Assembly (NCBI GenBank): GCA_000165425.1 | Contig: CT868069.1 | Coordinates: forward strand, 62,001-126,000 | Direction of reading: 5' to 3' | Origin: Paramecium tetraurelia | Taxonomy: Eukaryota | DNA: 64,000 bases | Part shown: piece by piece, positions 54,188-64,000 of the stretch | How the letters are laid out: every line of letters begins with the position of its first letter | Numbering within the stretch: the first letter of the stretch is position 1 | Program-made: the position numbers and the translations under genes | Notes under the pieces: generated by a model | The model's database searches: none | Seen by the model: the letters and a program-made list of their open reading frames with translations, nothing else | What the model was told of the DNA's origin: nothing

Positions 54188-55375
54188 ATATTTATATCTA
54201 ATTAATCAGTTTTTTATGAGTTTTTCGAATCAAATTGGATGATAGATTCCTCATTTACATTATTGATCATATGATCCTCATATAAATTTTGGACTTCCTT
54301 AACATTAAATAAGGATTTTATTGGTTTATGCTCTGTCAATTATAAGCCTGATGTATTCCCTCTAAAAGCTATTCATAAATTCTATACCGATGAGTGGTGG
54401 GACAAGTTTTTCCGTTGGCAGAATTACACTACAAATCTAATTGCCTGCCACTGCTCTTTTGACTTGATAATGGTAAGGGCTCTTTGGCATGAAAACTTTG
54501 ACCTTCTTCAACATCTGCATCTTCTTAATCCCAATCTATTGGTTACTTGTTGTTTTGAGACTTCTAATTGTTCGTTAGTGGATTGAGATTTGTCTATTAC
54601 AAGTAGTTCCTTGACAGAATATTTGTTTAAATATTTGTTAAATTGGAAGTATTCTCTTTCATTTTCTCGTCTAGTTTCTCTGGGGATGGTTTTTCTACTT
54701 TTTTTCTTTTCAATAATATATATTCATATGTTGTTATTCCCTTGAACCTAAAATATATATGCATGGCTAATATAAATGTTATGGGTATGAGTAACAAAAA
54801 TGTAAAGCCAATTTCAATATAGCCAAGTATTGATTTAATCATAATCGAGAGTATTAATACAGTAATTAGATACAATTCTAATAAAACTATTAAGATGAAA
54901 AAATATCTGTAATTTTGTGCTCCGATACAATTGTTTAACCATATACAATGATGATCAAATTAGTCAGTGCATCGGTTGCAAGATTTGCAATGTTTTGAGG
55001 GCGCTTTTACAAAAGCTAAACAAATTTTGCAATAGCAATTTAACTTTGTTTGATATTTTGTTCTATGTATATTCTTCTATGTATTACTTTTATGCCTTTA
55101 ATCGGTATTAATGATATATTTCTGGATCGGTTGGATCAATTTTTGTTGCGATAAACCAAAATAATGCGATGAAAAATGTGAAAAGCGATACCAACATCCA
55201 GATGCGATTCTGATAATATTTTCAAAAATTTATTGCTTACATATTCTAATGTTTAAAATAGGATCACTGAATAATGTCCTAAATAGATGACTACAGCAGA
55301 GATTTAGTAATAATTTATTCCTTTTTTACACTGAAATCCATGTCTAATAACTATATTTTAATTAGTTTAATTCAT
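54184..55375 (-). CDS. DHHC palmitoyltransferase (ZDHHC1/11-like)
   Basis: IRHGF N-terminal motif; [52 protein letters not shown]; introns near 55210-55240 and 54362-54387. Confidence 0.93.
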
Positions 55376-56569
55376 AATTAATAATTAATATCATTATCTA
55401 ATAAAATCATCATAGGTTGGCTCAGTTCTGCTTTGTTTAATAAATTTATTTATTTTGAAAATGTCACTGGCCAATATTGAGAACTAGCCTTTTGTTGAGG
55501 CAAGAGTTGACAATATTTATACGCCTTTGCAATCAATTCACTGCAAAAATACCCTTTGTTGATCAACCCGTCACTTTGTTATTGTAACATCTTCATAATG
55601 TTCAATTAAAATTCCTAACCATAAACTTTCTTTATAAAATAAATATAATACATCAATAAATTCTTAAATTCTTTGATCTATATACCCTCTCTCAATGTTC
55701 AATAGCTTTCTATAACAGATTTTTTTAAAATGAGTATTTTTTTGAAGAAAGAATTTCCAAAATTCAAAGTCGACTCCCTAATTTCAATTTATCTTTTTAC
55801 AATATTATTTTTAACATCCACTACTAGGATTTCTTTATGTTCCTATTTTCGAATTATCAATCCAACATGATCAAAATTAGAACTTGTGATTGCTCTCTGT
55901 ATCTTAGCCAAATAATGATCAGTTCTTATATAAATATCTAGAATACTCAAAGAGCAATATATCGCCTGTTTCTGCCCAATCAAGAAATTCATTTTCAGTC
56001 ACAAAATTTGCACCAAAATACATATCTTTGATAATCAATTTTCTATAATTGTTTCTGAACTTTTCATCTATCATCTTTAAACATTAAAACCACAATTTCC
56101 CTTCGATTTCATCATTAAATTTCAGGAAGATTACTTTATTCAGTTTGTGAAATTCAATTTTAATTAGTCTTAATGAATTTTTATTACACTTATTTTAATA
56201 TTATTAATACATTACTTAAATCAAATTAAATGCTAAATATTTTAAATTAAACACCAAGCTCCATTATTTATCCTCCAAAATTACTAATTTTTCTATCGTT
56301 AATTAGAGTGTAGATTTCTTATAACTTCCTGTATTTATTTTAACATGGATCACTCCCTATTTGATTATTGTGTTTCCTAAGGAAGAATTTTTGTATTTTT
56401 CTAAAGGCGTATGACATACTTATGTTTAATTTACAAAGCTTTATTGAAAGATGAACTGAGATTCTTTTATTTGATTTTCAATCTAATTTGGGGATTATTA
56501 AACGAAATCCTGTAATTTAACTTAATTATTTAATGATTGAATTTCTGAAAAGGATTGGCTTCTCTGCAT
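55372..56569 (-). CDS. Permuted papain-like amidase (YiiX/YebB, NlpC/P60 superfamily) with N-terminal extension
   Basis: AETGDILLF; IQRAITSSNFDHVGLI; GYFCSELIAKAY; YWPVTF (His-before-Cys permuted order). Confidence 0.85.
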
Positions 56570-56601
56570 ATAAATTAATTAAATTATCGTTAAAAAAAAT
56601 A
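56570..56601. promoter_or_regulatory. Putative 32-bp bidirectional promoter/5'UTR interval
   Basis: Only 32 nt between divergent ATGs at 56569 (-) and 56602 (+). Confidence 0.5.
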
Positions 56602-59293
56602 ATGGATATTTAGCAATTTGAAAAAGAACTCGTAACCAAATTACAATTCAAAGCCTCGTCAAGAGTAGGTGTAGAGACAGTCTTACTTAAAATATTCAAA
56701 TTCTTTGATCTGACCAATTAAGGATTTCTAAAAAAATAAGATTTTCTTAAAGCTATTGCTAAATCTGGAGTAACCATAACAGAATAAGAAGTATCATATA
56801 TATGTTATCTTAGTTTGCCGAAAAATTATGGAGCCACTATTCTGATGGCGTGTAACTCAATTACAAGGATTTCATCAATAGAGTCGTTATAAAAGACAGT
56901 TATTAAGAAGATTTCTCAGAATCAAGGATCATAGCCTCCCCATTAGAATCCCTAAGAGCTAAGATCCAACTGAAGGGAGCTTTGGGCTTGTTAAACTTAG
57001 CCATAAGCTTGCCAAATTAGTTTAACTGTCAACAATTATAGGACTATTTAAGAAGATAAGATATAGACATCGAAGGGTTACATTAATTATTTAATGGAGA
57101 ATTCATGAGTCAAGCTAATCTGATTGGTTTAATAAAAGGACAGCTATTAAATTAGTTTCGATAAGCATTGATCACAAATGTATTTTATTCATTTGAAGCA
57201 CGTGAACTAACTCCACAGTTTTTGATAAATAGATATTCAGCTGACAAGCATCCTGACATCAAGTTTTTGAGAAGAGACTAAAATGAAATCAAAGAAGAAT
57301 TTGTTACAGGACTAAGTCTTTATCTATAAATCAGAGCAATAAAAGTATTGAACCTATAGGATTGGCTTGACTTTTACTCTTATTTTGGATTCAACATTCA
57401 AAACGATGAGATCTTCAGAAATATAGTAGTTCAAGTGTGGAATCTAGATAATTTGAACTAACAATAGGCTTCTCCTTCTTAAAGTGTAAAACAAAAGTCT
57501 TATTAATAATAATTGTAATAATCTCCTGGATCTCAGAAGCAAGTCATTTAATAACTTAACTTTTCTCCAGAAAACAAGTCAACTAAATCCTATTAATAAT
57601 ATTAATAATCTCAAATACAAAGAACTCCAATATAATAACATTAATAAGAACCTGAACAACAAAGACCTTCAGTACCCAGGTCTGTAAAATCTCATCAATC
57701 AGAAAAATCGCATCAATCTTAATAGTCATAGTTGTCTGCTACTTCAAAATAGGTTGAGTTAATAGTACAAAGGATTAGAAATAGATTAGTATCAAGAGGA
57801 GCTCGAGGATTTATTTCCTTGTATAGAGTGGCAAAGATTTTGGACGCTGATTAAGATGGAATGCTCAATTTATCAGAATTCAGAAGAGCTATCAGAGATC
57901 ATAAAATAGAAGTTACAGATCCAGAGATAGATTTAGTATTCTAATATTTTGACAGAGATGTTTCAGGATTAATTGATATATGGGGGTTCATGTTTGTGTT
58001 GAGAGGTGAGATGAGTGAATAGAGAATCTAATTAGTGGAATCATTATTTGAAAAATACAGGCAAGGAGACTACGTAACTATTTCGAATCTAAGGAATAAT
58101 TTCACTGTTAGAAATCATCCAGATTTAAAAAGCGGAAAAAAGAGTGATGATGAAATCATTTAGGATTTCTTTGAACCTTTACAATAATTGCATAATATCA
58201 ATGGAGGTTTTGGAAATGAAAATATTAGTAAGGATGAACTCATAGAATATTTTAGCAATTTCAGTGCTTCTGTCCCTGATGATAAATATTTTGAATAAAT
58301 TCTTGTTACTGTATTCAGAATATAAGCTGAATAACAAAAAACACATCATGCTGGCAATAAATAAGTCTTTGAACCAGATCATAAGCGAAGTTACCTACAA
58401 GATCATCATCGATATGTTGTTCAGGGTGGAAGTGTATCTGCCAATGCTCCTTTTGGCACATTTACCCAATAAGAACAAGTTTAATAGTAAAGACCTGCTT
58501 CAGGATTTGAATAACCAGCTTCTTTCAACATCTTCAAGCCACTTTAAGATAATCCTTCAAAATCTAATGTCTAATTAGCTAATTCTTAATTGTCGCAATA
58601 ATCACAATAAAATTAATAATAATAATTTCATTATTAAATTGATTAGACTCCTAAGTAGTAGAAATAAAAAATTGATAGTTTTTAGATTTTGAAAAACAAG
58701 ATTTTGTAAAGAGGAATAAGAGGATTGATTAATATTTAACAAAGATTTAGAGTGTTTGATAAGTAAGGAGTGGGATCCTTAGCCTTGAATGATTGGTTAA
58801 ACAGCTTTAAGTCTTGGAGATTGGACTTGAATGACTAGGTAATTTAGGACGTGTTCCATTAACAGTAAGTCAATGGGATGATTATTTATGACAATTTTGT
58901 TAAATAACTCTAAGGTACTATGAGTCTTAGGAAATTCAACATTCTATAATAGGTATTTGAATCTTTACCTAAATAAAACGTTGAGATTGTGAAAAGTATG
59001 ATATGAAAATATAATTAGGTTCTTTTAATTCCAAGGAGCATCCAGATGTTAAATTAAATAGAAGAAGGGAAGATGATGTTCTTTGTGAATTTATTGATAC
59101 ATTCGAATAGCATCATTAAATATATGTAAGATATATATTAATTTTGTAGACTGGAACAGACTATTTGAAAAATCCAAATGTCACATTTGAAGAATTTATC
59201 AATTATTATAATAACTTGAGTGTTTTAATAGAAGATGATACTTAATTTGAATAATTCTTAGGAGCAGTCTGGAATCTTAGAAAAAGATTATGA
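56602..59293 (+). CDS. Calcyphosin-like multi-EF-hand protein with repeated modules and Q-rich linkers
   Basis: FKFFDLTNQG; RGARG..LDADQDGMLNLSEFRRAI..FDRDVSGLID..LRGEM; HPDLKSGKKSDDEIIQDFFE; module repeated (HPDI, HPDL, HPDV). Confidence 0.85.
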
Positions 59294-59384
59294 AACATTA
59301 ACATATATATATTTTATTATAAAATACTACTACAATATAAAGAATAATAAAATTTGAATTTTAAATAATTCAGATAACCAACTA

Positions 59385-61919
59385 ATGAGATTAAATGATT
59401 TAACTGAATCAAGGAAGATGTTAAAACAGTTGAAAGAAAAGGATGTTCGACCGCCTAGATCATATAGCGACTTTTCAAAATCTCCAAGATAATTGCAATT
59501 GGATACAATATAATTATATTCATGGGGTATGATAGTCGAATAATAGTCTAGGTTTAAATAATTGTGGGCAATTATTGAAAACAAATAAAAATATAATCCC
59601 TCATTATTAAGGAGTACAATTATGTTCTGCAGGCGAAAATCACACTATTATAGTGAATAATAAAAATGAAGTAATAGGATTTGGTGATAATCAATTTGGA
59701 TAGTTGGGATATGAATCTAACACCTAACCTAAATTAACTCCAATATTTAAAGATTAAAGAATAACAAGCGTAGTTTGTGGGGCAGAACACACATTTATGT
59801 TGACGGCTAAAGGAGAAGTGTATTCTTGGGGATTAAATTTGAAAGGCCAATTAGGATTGGGTTGTTTTGACAACGCTTTGTAGCCTACTCTCGTTTATGG
59901 TCTTTTGCCTTTTGGTACAAGCAACAGCAAAGCAAGAGAACAACAGGTAGGACACAAAAGGATGAAGAGTGCAAATGAAGGAGATTCATCTACTTCCCCA
60001 GGCTTGAAGGAAAGATCATCTTCTATTGATAACATAATGGAGCACATTGTCATGATGAAGGAAAAGATTAAATAGAAAAGTTCATGCGAAGTATAGTGCT
60101 AAATCCTTTTATAAAATGATGAAGCAGTATAGTAAATTACATGTGGAGCATTGCACACATTAGTTTTAACAAATAAAAACAGAGTCTTTTCCTGCGGGTT
60201 TGGAGAATCCTATGCTTTAGGACATCCGGAAAATCAAACCCTTAATGAATTCAAATAAATATCAAACTTACAACACTTCAAAGTCGATAAAGTTTGTAGT
60301 GGATTAGCCCATTCAGGATGCATAGTTGAAGGAGGAAGATCCTTTATTTGGGGAGTCTGCAAATCAAATAAAGATCAAATAAAGTTACCATAATAAACTA
60401 AAATTGTAGATGAATTAAATAGTTAATAATGTGTTCTAGATATGAAAATGGGAGAGATGTTCACCTTATTTCTCACTAGTAAGGGGGAAGTGTACTCTTT
60501 GGGAGAGAATATCCAAGGATAATTGGGAATAGAATAGAATTGCACTGATATTCCATTGAAAGTGTTAGGTTTGCCCTTAATCTCACAAATTTCAAGCGGG
60601 AGAAATCATTGTGTTGCACTATCAGCTGATTACAAATAAATCTATGGATGGGGATCCAATATTTATGGTTAATTAACTGGACAACCTAGCGTAAATTGTA
60701 AAGGAATTATATCTCCGAAATTGTTATTTACAGTACCTGAAACTTAAAAGATTGTTTGTGGTAACTTTCATACTTTGTTATTATCATCATCTTTCTTAGA
60801 AATCATTTTAGATGATAATGAAAATTCTCATAAGGACTAGGAGAAATTAAACGAGGAAGTTGAGAAATGTAAAAATGAGCAAGAAATATTGAAATAATAG
60901 AATATTTAATTGTAATTAAAATATGATAGAATGAAGAATGAAATTTTGTAGAAAAAGAAAGTCAAAGATCAAAAGGTGTAAACAAATGAATCATATATCT
61001 AAAGGCAAATTAAAAAATAATAATCAAAATTTGATATTTCTGCTTTAGAGATCTCACCAGAACGACCAATTAAACATAGAATATTTTAATCAAGTTTAGA
61101 TATCGATTTTAATGACATAATGCTTGAAAAACAGATAAGTGAAGGTGGATATGGAGTGATTTATAGAGCTAAATGGAGAGAAACTACAGTTGCTGTAAAA
61201 ATGTTTAAAATTGATGGAATGAATGAAAATCACATCAGAGATTTCCTATCAGAATGTCATGCAATGGAGGCACTAAGACATCCAAATATAGTAATGTTTT
61301 TAGGTGCTTGTACAAAACCTCCTAATTTAGCTATTGTTCTTGAATATTGTTAGCGAGGTTCTTTATGGTAGGTGATCTAAAATCATGACATTCATTTAAC
61401 ATGGGAGGATCGAAGGAGGATGGCTTTGGATGCAGCTAAAGGGGTATTGTATTTACACTCTTTTAATCCTCCCATTTTGCATAGGGATTTAAAAAGTCTC
61501 AATTTATTGTTGGATGAAGCTTTTAGAACAAAGTTAGCAGACTTTGGATGGACTAGAACTCTATCTAATTATATGACCAGCAAAATAGGGACTTATTAAT
61601 GGATGGCACCTGAGGTAATCGCAGGATAAATTTACACAGAAAAAGCTGATGTTTTTAGCTTCGGTATAATATTGTGGGAAATAGCAGCAAGAGAGCCGCC
61701 TTATAGAAGTAATAAGTCATTAATATTTTAGATATTACTGGTTTGTAGGTCTCCTTAGATGTGTTAAATAATGACTTTAGACCCACCATACCAAAAAAAA
61801 CTCCTGAAGTTTTTGCAAGACTTACTAAGAGGTGTTGGGATAGGGATCCAGAAAAGCGTCCATCTTTTAAAGAAATAATTAAGGAACTGGAGATTATGAA
61901 ATTTCCTCCTGGAATATGA
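59385..61919 (+). CDS. RCC1-repeat + coiled-coil + TKL (Raf/MLK-like) protein kinase
   Basis: RCC1 repeats [46 protein letters not shown]; kinase [38 protein letters not shown]. Confidence 0.95.
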
Positions 61920-61976
61920 TAATTAATATGAAAAGTTTTAATATTATTTTTTCATTATTAATTGTGATTATAAATA

Positions 61977-62722
61977 ATGTTTGCATTATCAAGAGGTATC
62001 TTTTTATTAGTATAATAAGCCCTTAAATTTCAGTAACCAATATTTGCTTTCTCTCAATTTTAATTGCTAAAAGGAAAGTATGCTGTCCCACCTAAACCAA
62101 GAAAATAGAGAAATGCAGTACCAATTACATTTAATTTAAGGATTCGACAATTCATCAACAATAATTAAAAGAGTGGTAAGAAAATTATGATGTACCAAAA
62201 AGACCAAGCATAACATCAGAAAAGATCCAATTTTATGGAAATAAGTTCCCACATTTGAAAACTAAGTGGGCTGAATTATTACAACATATTAAGACTTTGC
62301 CTGCAGATGAGGTTGCAAAGAATGAAGAAATAATTAAAAGCTCTGCAGAACAGAAGACTCAAATCTTTTAAAAACGCATGGAAGAATATCAGAACAAATA
62401 CTTAGTTAGATTAAGTAATGTGACAGCATCATCTGTTTTTTTTTCAACCATTCCATTTAAGGATCTCAAATCGGCCTGGGCTAAGTATAATGAGTTATCA
62501 GAAGAAGAAAAATAAAAATACCAAAAATTAGCCAATGAAGAAAATTAAAAAAAAAATGCAAAATTAGAAAAAATTGCTAAATAATTTGGAATGTCACTTG
62601 AAGAATTTAAAAAGGAAGTACGTTAGATAATTAATGAAACCAGAACAAAAAAGGAGGAATCTTCTTCATCATCTTCAGACGATGAAAAGAAATAATCAAA
62701 TAAGAAAGAATAAAAAAATTGA
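61977..62722 (+). CDS. Mitochondrion-targeted HMG-box protein (TFAM/Abf2-like)
   Basis: Presequence-like MFALSRALKFQQPIFAFSQ after a 23-nt intron; PKRP; AWAKYNELSEEEKQKYQKLANEE (HMG helix 3). Confidence 0.65.
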
Positions 62723-63093
62723 TATTGAGATAATAAATTACGAAAATAGATTATAATTTCAATTTATGTTTTAAATAAATTAAGTCTAACTACAGTTTAT
62801 TGTTCTTTATAAAGAGGTCAATCTCAAACTCTGAAAAAACCTGTTTTTAATGCTGTTGAATTATTTTCTTATTAAGTAATCTCAATAACTCAAATTATTA
62901 TACAAACAAGATTAGATATTTATACATTCAATTAATGACTTTTAAAGGTTTTTTCTAGTTTAAATATATAAAACTCAAATCTATTTCACTGTCAAGATAA
63001 AGAAAAATAAATTACAATATTGTTGAATTTTATAAAAGAAAGACTATATAAAATCATAATTTATAAACATTAAGTTGTCTAGTACTATATAGA

Positions 63094-64000
63094 TCATTTT
63101 AAATCTTATTCTACCCCACTCATCACATGTAGAGGATATACATGTGGCATCTAATATGGGTCATTTGAAACCCTCATTCTACTAGACCCTCCAAAATTCA
63201 TCACTTTTGTTGATGCATATTCTTCGTAGGACTCCATATGAGTGACCTTAATAGATGTTAAACAATTAGCAAGCACAGATAGGAACAGCGCACAAATAAT
63301 GATTATCACAACAATAGATTCTTTTTATATTGATTAGGCATACTTTATGCACATGCCATCTAGCATTTTATTATAATGATCCTATATTTCATATATTATT
63401 TACTTTGATAAATGTACAATTTGTTGATTTAAGCATACTATTCATGCTTGCTAAAATCATTTATTCCTTTTCATTAAATGCCTTAAACTAATTTATGTAT
63501 AGGTTTAAATCAGCACTAAGTTATTAATTTAATGTTATAAATTAAGACTCTAACTATTAGGCTTCTATCCATGCTTGGGCTTAAGATTAAAAATGTTATT
63601 TTAATTTCTAAAATTCATTATATTAATCTGGACAACTAGGTGAATATTTAGTTATCAAATATGATGGATGCCAGCATAATTATGATTAATTTTAAGAACC
63701 TTACTTTTTTGGACTTCCTCCATCTGAACAAGTCTAAAAGGCTAATTCAGCACAATTGTTTATTCCTTTAAAATCATTAAACGATTTCACTATTTTTTTA
63801 AATTCCTCTTATTGTTAATCATCTAGATCAATAATTGTTCCGTCTAAAAAGGAAGTCAAACTTTGGCTATTTTTAGATAAATTTTCAATAAATTATTCAT
63901 AATTGGAATTGATTCTCAAGATCTATTCGTCGACTCCCTTGTCACTATTTATGTATGTTCGAATATCTTTCAACTTTTAAGCAAAATTTAATTGCTCATA
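63094..64000 (-). CDS. 3' part of a membrane protein with Cys-containing luminal loop, final TM and short tail (runs off window end)
   Basis: Open ciliate-code frame with paired Cys (..CTFI..MLDGMCIKY) followed by hydrophobic IVVIIICALFLSVLANCL; TGA 63094-63096. Confidence 0.65.

Noticed and set aside
1..64000. Apparent mass pseudogenisation (TAA/TAG inside conserved domains)
   Set aside because: Explained by the ciliate genetic code; TAA/TAG fall at conserved Gln positions such as IEQEY and SQWEF in glutamine synthetase

Overview
AT-rich, gene-dense eukaryotic DNA that reads as a ciliate macronuclear chromosome, most likely Paramecium. Genes only open when TAA/TAG are read as Gln with TGA as the sole stop, and they are split by 20-34 nt GT..AG introns. 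The supplied standard-code ORF track therefore fragments real genes and reports many shadow ORFs. Manual translation supports about 35 protein-coding genes and one Myb pseudogene. These include a ferlin-like C2 protein, lipase, AGC kinase, ANTH-like protein, hybrid histidine kinase, cullin, fatty acyl-CoA reductase, Mic10, glutamine synthetase, two PGP-repeat (ODF3/STPG) proteins, a TPR protein, RING-PHD, stand-alone NPC1 N-domain, Vta1-like, DHHC, permuted-papain amidase, calcyphosin-like, RCC1-TKL kinase and a mitochondrial HMG protein. No tRNA, rRNA, CRISPR or transposon was recognised. The most unusual items are: (1) a secreted, probably GPI-anchored protein with 15 tandem casein-like SSSEE clusters and an abnormally long 96-nt intron; (2) three co-oriented genes chained by two ATGA stop/start overlaps; (3) two microproteins with PP1-docking motifs, one with a CaaX end; (4) a degenerate alpha-kinase and a PH-pseudokinase; (5) a PTS1-ending fatty acyl reductase. 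All exon structures were inferred by eye and no database searches were run.
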